Below are positions 36,734 to 44,575 of a DNA stretch of 64,000 nt, piece after piece. The stretch is from a bacterium (GTDB lineage Bacteria > 4484-113 > JAGGVC01). The stretch's first letter is position 1. Each line of letters starts with the position of its first letter. The notes beneath the pieces were generated by a model. That model was given only the letters and a program-made list of their open reading frames with translations. It was not told the origin of the DNA and searched no databases. The position numbers and the translations under genes were made by a program. The stretch lies in NCBI GenBank assembly GCA_039961635.1, contig JABRWB010000012.1:22273-86272 (forward strand). The letters run 5' to 3'.

Positions 36734-37309
36734 TCAGCAGCAAGTGCCGCCTTCGGATTTTTCGAACGCGGAGATCAGCTCCTCAAGCGCGTCAACGACA
36801 TTCTTCCGCCGATCGCTCGGAATCATGCCAAGAACGTCTTCCAGAAAGCCGATTTTTCGCGAACGGATTTTCGCGGCAACGTCCGCTCCCCGCCCCGTGC
36901 AACACAGCCGGATGACCCTTCTGTCGCCGCCCTCGACGCGCTCCACAAATCCCGCCGACACAAGCGGATCGACGTGACGCGTCAGCGTTGATGCGGACAC
37001 GCCCGTCTGCTCCGCCAGCGTCGCGCACGTGCAGCCGGGGCAAAGGCAGAGCGTTTCGAGGGTGCGGCACTGGGCCGGCGTCAGCCCGTCGCAGCAGGGA
37101 GCAGCCTCGTCCCGGGAAAGCGCTTTCCCGAGCCGTCGCAGCACTGCATCCAGCCTGTGCGCTAGTGCATGGATTCCGCCGCGCCGGGAAGCCGCGCCGC
37201 AGGAGCCTGACGCACAGCAGCATTCGCCCTGCCTTGAAAGGACAGCGGCCGGCGGGAGCTCTCCGCGGCGGGCGGGGCCGGACTTTGGTTTTGCAGCCTG
37301 ATTCGCCAA
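36734..37309 (-). CDS. MarR-family transcriptional regulator with Cys-rich N- and C-terminal extensions.
   Basis: Winged-HTH core LTPAQCRTLETLC...ATLAEQTGVSASTLTRHVDPLVSAGFVERVEGGDRRVIRLCCTGRG. Cys clusters ECCCASGSCG, PCCDG, CLCPGCTC, and terminal GGTCC. Confidence 0.7.
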   Translation of the reverse strand: MANQAAKPKSGPARRGELPPAAVLSRQGECCCASGSCGAASRRGGIHALAHRLDAVLRRLGKALSRDEAAPCCDGLTPAQCRTLETLCLCPGCTCATLAEQTGVSASTLTRHVDPLVSAGFVERVEGGDRRVIRLCCTGRGADVAAKIRSRKIGFLEDVLGMIPSDRRKNVVDALEELISAFEKSEGGTCC

Positions 37310-37588
37310 CCTTTAACTCTCCTTGGATTCAACCGTCCGGACTTGAGGCCGCCGCCAAGACAAGAAAGCACGCAGGGACGAAGATACAAGGCCAATACGG
37401 CTCAATCAATCAAGCCGCATTCGCATCCTGCCTCCGGCCAAGCGGCTCGCAACGCCGCCGTCCAGATAGTTGTAGATTACAAATATCAGATATTCGAAGG
37501 ATTGTCAAGTAGAAAATGTGGTTTCGCTCAAAATGCTTATGCGCTGTATCCGATCGTTCCGCAAGGCCTGATGCGACGAATCCGCCTG

Positions 37589-40500
37589 TCAAAGAGTTTC
37601 CCCCCAGCGGTAACCGATTTGGCCCGCATCCCGCTCGTCTATCACGCCGTCCGCGTTGCAGTCGAACAGCGGATTGAATCCGGTGTCGGCGCTCGTCAGG
37701 AAAAGCACATCCGAGAAGCCGTCGAGATCACCTTCGCCGACCGTCCCGTCGCCGTTGGTATCGCCCACTAGGTTATACAGCCAAAATGGAAGCGAAATAG
37801 GGATCGATGAATCCCCGTTCGAGTTGAACGCCGTCACTACAACCTGCGCCCTTTGATTCGGAAGGGCGTTGTTTCCCACGCTGAAAGTGACGCCGAACGG
37901 CTCGTCCGAGATTTGGAACAATTGGTCGTACTCATCCTCCCGGCCGAGAGGCGCGTAATCCAGCCTGTATTCCACTCTTTCGACATAGGTAAGGCCGCTG
38001 ACCGAAAACGTCGCACTGTATTGATTCGTGATCTTTCCGAATATCCCGCTCGGGTTCATCGAGGCCTGCTCCACCACCGGCCATTTGAGAACGACGGACC
38101 GGTTGTTGATTTCGACGTCGTCCAGCCATGCGCCAATTCCGTTTGTCTGGTCGTTCCCCCACGCCCACCAGCAAAGCGCGCCCGAATATCCCTTGTAGTT
38201 GTTCAGCGGGAACAGCTCCTGGTACCAATCCGGCCGGTCGTTCGCCCATCCGCCGATCCACATGTAACCTTCCCAAGTGTTGTAAAGGTAAAGCCCGCCG
38301 CCGAAACCGTCCGGCAAATCCGCCTTGAACCAGTACGCAAGCACCGGATCGTCGACCGCGTCGCCCGCAAGATCCACGCATTGACGTCCCGCGGCCGGCG
38401 TAAGCCCGGAGTACCATAATCCTTCGCTGTTGTATTGTCCGAACGGCGCTTCATAGCCGAACGAAGTCGGCGCGGAGTGCGAGTCGGTCGTGACCGGCCG
38501 CCAGTCCGGCGCAATTCCGTCGGAGCCGTATCCCCAGTTATCAGTGCCGCCTTCAAGGTCGTCGAAAATCGGATAGGGGCGGTCGTTTTTCCACTTGAGC
38601 GAGATTGACGCAGGCTCGGACGGCAGTCCGTCGTTGTCCTCCGAAATCACCTTCAGGACGATATTCGGATGGTTGTCGTCGTCAAGTGTATTTCGAGTGT
38701 ATTCCCAGGGAGCATCTTCATCAGTGGAAACCAGCCAGTCGTGCAGATAGAAATACACGCGCTCGACAGCGTTGTCGTCCGATGCGTCCGCGGTGAAGGT
38801 TGCATCGCCTGAAATGACGTCGCCTTCGATGTGGCTTGTGATGGCCGCGGTAGGCGGATCGCTCGGCGCTTCCCGGAGCATGAAATCGTCTATGTTCGCT
38901 CCAAGCCCCGCGTCCGCGGTCGGATGCACCGAGCCGGTGTACCTCAGCTCTATGTATGCGCCGGTGCCTTGCAATTCGAAAGTGCGGTTCCAGAGCGTCC
39001 ATCCCCAGTTTGGCTGCACCCTGTCCACAAGCCGCCAGGTCGCGCCTTCGTCGGTGGTCGCGTAAACCTCGAACGTATCGCGCGATCGGTAGAAAAATTT
39101 CATGTGTATCCGGTTCGTGAATCCGGATATGTCGACGCGCTGGCTGCGCAGCTTGTCCTTGTTAGCATTGTGCCAGGTGTCTGCTCCGCCGTACGGGCGC
39201 ACCCAAGCCTCGTTGCCGGCGCCGAGCGGCGCGGGATCGCCGGGGCTGGTTCGCGTGTCCCATGCGGTGTATTGCCCGCCGGGTTCGCGCGGAGCGTTGA
39301 GGATTTTCCACTTGAATAAACCGCTTTCGAAATCGTCGGAAAGCGTTGTCACCCCGGCGTTGTCCACGGTCACGAAAATCGTGTCGGATGCGGACTGGCC
39401 GTTCCCGTCGAATGCGCGCGCGGTGATTTCAACCGATTTGTTGAACTCGACACGCGTGTTCCATGCGTAGTTGTACGGCGCGGAAGTCAGGTCCGCGGTC
39501 CATTCGCCGTCGATGAAAAGCTCGACTTTTGAAATCGAATCGTCGTCCGCCGCATCTACTGAAATCACTTCTCCGCCGCTTACGGTATCTCCCGGCCCCG
39601 GAGAAGTAATAGCGACCGACGGCGCGGAATCCGGATACAAAAGAATGTCTGCCGTCATCACCGCGCCGGCGGGAGAAATGTTGTTGACCGTGATTCCGGT
39701 GGGCGCGCCGGAGTAGTCGTTGGAATTGGGATAAGTGACCGGCGATAACGAAGTTCCTTCCGTGTAATAATCGCCGGCGTTCGCTCCCCCACCGTTTTCG
39801 ATTTCATCCAGTCCGTCCGCCTCCATAAGCTTGATGTACTTGTGGTCGGTGTACGAGTTGTTGTAACGCGTTCCCCCCCCTTCGTCGACGCGCGCATCTA
39901 TATGCCATATCAGAAGACCGCTGTTTGGATACCCTGCGTCCGAGCCTTCGGCCTGCCTGTTTTCGATCATGAAATATTCGGCCCACGGCGTCACGCCGTC
40001 GAACCATGGCATCGCAAGCACCGCGTCCGGATTTGCAATCACTTTGTCCAGCTGCTCTCCCGGCAGATTCGTGAACGTGATCGTTGGGGAAAGCCAGCCG
40101 AGCATATATTTGCTGAAGCAGCAATGCCCGCCCCAGCCGCCCATCATGTCGAGCCCGCCCACTCCGCCGCGCTCGCCCACCGAATCATCGTAGTCGTAAT
40201 AATCGGGCAGCCCAAGTCCGTGGCCGGTTTCGTGAATGACGGTTCCGGGATCCCACACTTCCGGAAGCGGCGGCTCCTCACCGAAGTAGTACCATCGCTC
40301 CGGCTGCCATGAGTAGCTTCCGAATTCGACGCCGTCCAGCGAAAATCCGCCCATCCACATCGCGAATCCCCACCAGTAAGTCGCCCAATCGCCGTTTGGC
40401 CCGGTCCAGAGAATCGTGAACCCGTCCACCAGGCCGTCCTTGTCGTTGTCGTACTGCGAAAAATCCACGCCCGCGTCGTCCGCCGCGGTCAGCGCTTCGA

Positions 40501-41197
40501 TAATGAGCTCGCGCTGGCGCTCCCCGTCGGTCGGCAATCCTTCGTTTTGATCGGGATGGTAATAGTCGCGTGTCCGGCTGGCCATATGCCAGGAAAAAAC
40601 ATCGCCCGTTATCTGAAGCTGGCCGTAGCTCTGCTCCAAATAATACTGTCGCAGGCCTATGTACGGCGCGCCGGGATCGCCGTCGCCGTAAAGCACGTCG
40701 TCGAACTGCTCTTCGGTGAAATAATGCGGGTAATTGGGGAATTCAATCGGCAGGCAGAACATCTTGACCGTACCGATTGAGGGGAGGACCGCAGTGTCCC
40801 TTGGCATTTCGAATCCGAGAACCAGCAGGTCGCGTTCGTCCACGACGCGGTCGTGATTAAGGTCGTATTCGATGTACGAAAGCTCGCGCGACGTGCTGCG
40901 GCCGATTTCGCTCGCGGATTTGCCGTCGAGCGAGCGGCCGAGATTGGCGAGTATTCCGTCGGCGATTTCGCGAGGACTCAATGCAGCGATTTCGAGCGCG
41001 CCGCGCTTGGGTACTTTTGCTTCCCAATTGCCGAGCCTTTTCGCGTTTTCGAGCGCCTCGGCGTAAGTACCTTCGCGCTTCATCCGCTCGATCATTCCGG
41101 GCTTGGGCGGCTCAAGCGCAAAAGCATGGCATGGCAACAAAACCGGAACAGCGAAAATCGCGGCAACCGGAATAAGAAGGGCAGGGGAGGATTTCAT
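37589..41197 (-). CDS. Secreted M6-family (immune inhibitor A-like) metalloprotease with Ig-like/PPC-like modules and a C-terminal dockerin-like module.
   Basis: Signal peptide MKSSPALLIPVAAIFAVPVLLPCHAFA. M6 zinc site TVIHETGHGLGLPDYYD. The C-terminus VGDTNGDGTVGEGDLDGFSDVLFL...FDCNADGVIDERDAGQIGYRWG is a two-segment dockerin-like Ca-binding repeat. Confidence 0.85.
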   Translation of the reverse strand: MKSSPALLIPVAAIFAVPVLLPCHAFALEPPKPGMIERMKREGTYAEALENAKRLGNWEAKVPKRGALEIAALSPREIADGILANLGRSLDGKSASEIGRSTSRELSYIEYDLNHDRVVDERDLLVLGFEMPRDTAVLPSIGTVKMFCLPIEFPNYPHYFTEEQFDDVLYGDGDPGAPYIGLRQYYLEQSYGQLQITGDVFSWHMASRTRDYYHPDQNEGLPTDGERQRELIIEALTAADDAGVDFSQYDNDKDGLVDGFTILWTGPNGDWATYWWGFAMWMGGFSLDGVEFGSYSWQPERWYYFGEEPPLPEVWDPGTVIHETGHGLGLPDYYDYDDSVGERGGVGGLDMMGGWGGHCCFSKYMLGWLSPTITFTNLPGEQLDKVIANPDAVLAMPWFDGVTPWAEYFMIENRQAEGSDAGYPNSGLLIWHIDARVDEGGGTRYNNSYTDHKYIKLMEADGLDEIENGGGANAGDYYTEGTSLSPVTYPNSNDYSGAPTGITVNNISPAGAVMTADILLYPDSAPSVAITSPGPGDTVSGGEVISVDAADDDSISKVELFIDGEWTADLTSAPYNYAWNTRVEFNKSVEITARAFDGNGQSASDTIFVTVDNAGVTTLSDDFESGLFKWKILNAPREPGGQYTAWDTRTSPGDPAPLGAGNEAWVRPYGGADTWHNANKDKLRSQRVDISGFTNRIHMKFFYRSRDTFEVYATTDEGATWRLVDRVQPNWGWTLWNRTFELQGTGAYIELRYTGSVHPTADAGLGANIDDFMLREAPSDPPTAAITSHIEGDVISGDATFTADASDDNAVERVYFYLHDWLVSTDEDAPWEYTRNTLDDDNHPNIVLKVISEDNDGLPSEPASISLKWKNDRPYPIFDDLEGGTDNWGYGSDGIAPDWRPVTTDSHSAPTSFGYEAPFGQYNSEGLWYSGLTPAAGRQCVDLAGDAVDDPVLAYWFKADLPDGFGGGLYLYNTWEGYMWIGGWANDRPDWYQELFPLNNYKGYSGALCWWAWGNDQTNGIGAWLDDVEINNRSVVLKWPVVEQASMNPSGIFGKITNQYSATFSVSGLTYVERVEYRLDYAPLGREDEYDQLFQISDEPFGVTFSVGNNALPNQRAQVVVTAFNSNGDSSIPISLPFWLYNLVGDTNGDGTVGEGDLDGFSDVLFLTSADTGFNPLFDCNADGVIDERDAGQIGYRWGETL

Positions 41198-41844
41198 GAC
41201 TGCGCCTCCCTCGTCTCGGTGTCGAAGCTAATTCGCCTTCCCGATGAATCGCGCAGCTGCATGAAAGCGGGGTCGGACATGAATCCGAAGCGCCTGCTTG
41301 GATTTTCGTTTGAAATCACGCGGAATCTGACGCGCAGAAGCTCGCTTTCGCCCGGCCGGATTTGCGCACCGCCCGGCAGCGCCGTGAACGAAAACGGAAC
41401 AGCACCTTCAAGATTCAGTCCGGCGACGGACAGCGTTTCATCCGGAAGTCCCGCGCCCCGGGAAGCCTTAATTGGCCGGTACTTTCGGGAATCGAAAACG
41501 ATCCTCGTGCTGCCCTGGAATACCGGCTCGCAGTTTCGCACGCTCAAGACCGCGTCGAATTCGTCGCCGGTTTTGTAATCGGAAGATGCGGGCGTCACAA
41601 GCGAAAGCACCGTTCTTCCTCCGGCATCCGCTGCTAAGCCGGGATTCGATTCGCTGCCGCCGGTTGAATTCGGATGCATCGGGCTTTTGCCCGATTTGCA
41701 TGCGGGAGCGGTCAACAGCGCCAGAAGCGCAAATCCAAAAAGCCAGGCCAGGCGAATCGTGTTTTGCAATCCGGACTCCGCGTATAAATATAGAGGCGGA
41801 GAGCCGCCTCGCGGAGCGGATTGTAGCATCCGGCCCGCGTACAA
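41194..41844 (-). CDS. Cohesin-like lipoprotein translationally coupled to the M6 protease.
   Basis: Signal/lipobox ...LFGFALLALLTAPAC. Beta-sandwich-like segment FDAVLSVRNCEPVFQGSTRIVFDSRKY...LSVAGLNLEGAVPFSFTALPGG. Its stop overlaps the protease start (ATGA, 41194-41197). Start uncertain: ATG 41844 or ATG 41829. Confidence 0.55.
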   Translation of the reverse strand: MYAGRMLQSAPRGGSPPLYLYAESGLQNTIRLAWLFGFALLALLTAPACKSGKSPMHPNSTGGSESNPGLAADAGGRTVLSLVTPASSDYKTGDEFDAVLSVRNCEPVFQGSTRIVFDSRKYRPIKASRGAGLPDETLSVAGLNLEGAVPFSFTALPGGAQIRPGESELLRVRFRVISNENPSRRFGFMSDPAFMQLRDSSGRRISFDTETREAQS

Positions 41845-41920
41845 TCACCGGCAATCAGCCTTGATACGAGCATTCTTTGTATAGTCTGGAAAACCCGTCG
41901 CCGGCAAGATATCATCCATC

Positions 41921-42598
41921 GTGCTTCGTTCGATATGCGCATTTGTGCTTTTGGCTGCGCCGCTGGTTTTGCTGGCGGCGGCACATCAAATTCCCGCGGA
42001 GCTTCCGCGCGAATACGGTTTCTCGGCGGAGCTTGCCGCGAAATTCGATGCCTGGGTGAAGGAAACGCTCGACTGGACGAATGAGAAGGGCAAATACGCT
42101 GTAATTGTGGATAAAAGCAAGTATTCGCTTTACCTGGCGATTAACGGCAAGGTCGTCGCCGCGATGCCAATTGAACTCGGATTCGAGCCGGTAGCCGACA
42201 AGCGGATGGAGGGCGACGGCGCGACGCCGGAGGGGAAATACAAAGTCGCGGAGAAGCGCGACGTCGGCCAGACGCGGTTTCACCGGGGATTGCTTCTCGA
42301 TTACCCGAACGAAACCGACCGCAGCGAATTCCGCGAATGGAAGGCCGCGGGCGAAATTCCGGCGGATGCAGCAATAGGCGGATTGATTCTGATTCACGGC
42401 TCCGGCTCCGGCAAGCGGCCCGCGGAAGGCGGCTCGAACTGGACGCTCGGATGCGTCGCGCTTTCGAATTCCGACATCGATCGGCTTTTCCGTCACGCGT
42501 ACAAAGGAATGCCGGTCACAATCGTGCGGTTCACGAATGCGGACTTGAGTCCAAAATATTCCCGGAAAAACAAAGCTCCGAATACCAGTTCTGCGTAA
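41921..42598 (+). CDS. L,D-transpeptidase (YkuD/ErfK catalytic domain).
   Basis: Signal peptide. Catalytic region GDGATPEGKYKV...HRGLLLDYPN...IHGSG...GGSNWTLGCVALSNSDIDRLF with active-site Cys. Confidence 0.8.
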   Translation: MLRSICAFVLLAAPLVLLAAAHQIPAELPREYGFSAELAAKFDAWVKETLDWTNEKGKYAVIVDKSKYSLYLAINGKVVAAMPIELGFEPVADKRMEGDGATPEGKYKVAEKRDVGQTRFHRGLLLDYPNETDRSEFREWKAAGEIPADAAIGGLILIHGSGSGKRPAEGGSNWTLGCVALSNSDIDRLFRHAYKGMPVTIVRFTNADLSPKYSRKNKAPNTSSA

Positions 42599-42652
42599 AT
42601 TGAATTGCGGTTCGCTGGTCTGGAGACCGGCGGCATATTTCAATACCTAATA

Positions 42653-43441
42653 TTACGCGAAGATTTCCTCGAAGAAATCAAGCATCGCCCGCCAGCTTCG
42701 CTTGTCGGCGGATTCGTTGTAAGCGGCGCCGCGGGACGGGTCGCTTCCCGCATTCCAGTCGCTGAATGCGTGCACCGCGCCGCCGTAAAGAACAATCTGG
42801 TAATCCGCGCCGGCCGCGCGCATTTCGTCCTCGAAAGCCTTCAACTGATCGCCCGCGATGTTCTTGTCGTCCGCGCCGTGAAGCACCAAAACTTTCGCCT
42901 TGATTTGCCCCGGCGCGGCGGGCATTTTCGTTTCGAACGAGCCGTGGAAGCTGACTACTCCCGCGATTTTCGCGCCGGTGCGCGCCAACTCAAGCACTCC
43001 GCCCCCGCCGAAGCAGTATCCGATCGCGGCGATGCGCTTCGGATCGACGTCCTTTTGCGCCAGAAGCGCGTCAAGCGCCGCGTTAAGCCGCGCGCGGAAC
43101 AACTCCGGGTCGCTGCGGTATTTTCCCGCCTGCGCGCCCGCTTCCTCCATATTTTGCGGCCGCACGCCTTTGCCGTAAATGTCGGCGCAGAACACGACGT
43201 AGCCCAGCTCGGCGAGCATCTCCGCCCGCTTTTTCTCGTAGTCGGACAGCCCGCGCCACTGGTGCACGATCAAAACGCCCGGCCGCGCGCCGCCTGCAAC
43301 GCTTTCGCGCACGACCCATCCTTCAAGCGGGACGCCGCCTTGCTCGTATTCGTAGGTTGTTCCCGTCACTTTTGCTTCCGCGAGCGATGAATGCAATACC
43401 ATTGCAATTGCAATCGCCGCCATCAAATATAAGGATTTCAT
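42653..43441 (-). CDS. Dienelactone hydrolase family protein (secreted).
   Basis: Signal peptide; GYCFGGG nucleophile elbow; ...VLHGADD... and HAF motifs typical of DLH. Confidence 0.85.
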   Translation of the reverse strand: MKSLYLMAAIAIAMVLHSSLAEAKVTGTTYEYEQGGVPLEGWVVRESVAGGARPGVLIVHQWRGLSDYEKKRAEMLAELGYVVFCADIYGKGVRPQNMEEAGAQAGKYRSDPELFRARLNAALDALLAQKDVDPKRIAAIGYCFGGGGVLELARTGAKIAGVVSFHGSFETKMPAAPGQIKAKVLVLHGADDKNIAGDQLKAFEDEMRAAGADYQIVLYGGAVHAFSDWNAGSDPSRGAAYNESADKRSWRAMLDFFEEIFA

Positions 43442-43526
43442 GTACGCTCCGCAGCCCCGCCCTGCGGGACGCCATTATCCTTACCCCCAAAACCGTTTCC
43501 CTATTTGGAAGGAGCGGGACGTTAGT

Positions 43527-44516
43527 CTACCTGTTCACCGCGCCCATTGCGCGTTCTGGATAGCGCAGTCCCGCGGTAATTCCCGCTGGCACGGCCTCGT
43601 CAATCGCGGCAAGCTCGTCCGAAGAAAGCTCGACCTGAACGGCCGCGATGTTTTCGTCAAGTCTTTCGCGCCGCTTCGTGCCGGGGATCGGGACGATGTG
43701 CTCGCCGCGGTGAAGCAGCCATGCAAGGCAAAGCTGCGCGGGAGTCACGCCCTTCGATTCCGAGATCTCCGAAAGCATTTCAACCAGCGCCCGGTTTTTT
43801 TGGAAATTTTCGCCCTGGAAGCGAGGGTGGTTGCGGCGCGCATCGTCTTCCGCCAAATCGCTTTCCGTCTTGAACATTCCCGCAAGCATCCCGCGGCCCA
43901 GCGGGCTGTACGCGACGAAGCAGATTCCCAGCTCCCTGCACAAATCCAGATGACCGCCCGCCTCCGGGTCGCGCGTCCACAGGCTGTACTCGGTTTGCAG
44001 CGCCGCAATCGGATGCACCGCCTGTGCGCGCTTTATAGTTTCCGGCGCGGCCTCCGACAGTCCAAGGTAGCGGATTTTCCCCGCATTCTTGAGCTCCACC
44101 ATCGCGCCGACGGTTTCCTCTATCGGCGTCTCCGGGTCGACGCGGTGCTGGTAGTAAAGGTCTATGCAGTCCACGCCGAGCCTGGAAAGGCTCGCGTCGC
44201 ACGCCGCTTTGACGTATTCCGGCTTGCCGCACACGCCTCGCCAGTTGCCGTCCGCGTCACGCACGTTGCCGAATTTGGTGGCGAGGAACACTTCGCCCCG
44301 CCGCCCGGCTATCGCACGGCCGACAAGCTCTTCGTTTCTGCCGCAGCCGTAAACGTCGGCGGTGTCGAGGAAGTTGACTCCGCGGTCGAGCGCATGGTGG
44401 ATGGTGGCGACGCTCTCGGCGTCGTCGCGGCCCGAGTAGAAGTCGCTCATCCCCATGCAGCCAAGCCCAAGAGCGGAAACCCGCTCGCCGGTGTAACCTA
44501 ATGTGCGATATTTCAT
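43527..44516 (-). CDS. Aldo/keto reductase.
   Basis: [24 protein letters not shown]...[10 protein letters not shown]...LATKFG AKR signatures; 329 aa. Confidence 0.9.
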   Translation of the reverse strand: MKYRTLGYTGERVSALGLGCMGMSDFYSGRDDAESVATIHHALDRGVNFLDTADVYGCGRNEELVGRAIAGRRGEVFLATKFGNVRDADGNWRGVCGKPEYVKAACDASLSRLGVDCIDLYYQHRVDPETPIEETVGAMVELKNAGKIRYLGLSEAAPETIKRAQAVHPIAALQTEYSLWTRDPEAGGHLDLCRELGICFVAYSPLGRGMLAGMFKTESDLAEDDARRNHPRFQGENFQKNRALVEMLSEISESKGVTPAQLCLAWLLHRGEHIVPIPGTKRRERLDENIAAVQVELSSDELAAIDEAVPAGITAGLRYPERAMGAVNR

Positions 44517-44575
44517 GACGATTTATTCTACTTCATCTCGATCCTGTCCACATAGACTCTAGCCGCCCAGAAACC

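Noticed and set aside
37343-37771. 142-aa plus-strand ORF between MarR-like and the M6 protease gene
   Set aside because: Mostly overlaps the 3' end of the protease gene in antisense. No SD and no domain. The intergenic part is more likely a promoter region for the MarR operon.
42605-44501. Plus-strand ORFs (261 aa, 353 aa) opposite the dienelactone hydrolase and aldo-keto reductase genes
   Set aside because: Antisense shadows of two confidently assigned enzymes.
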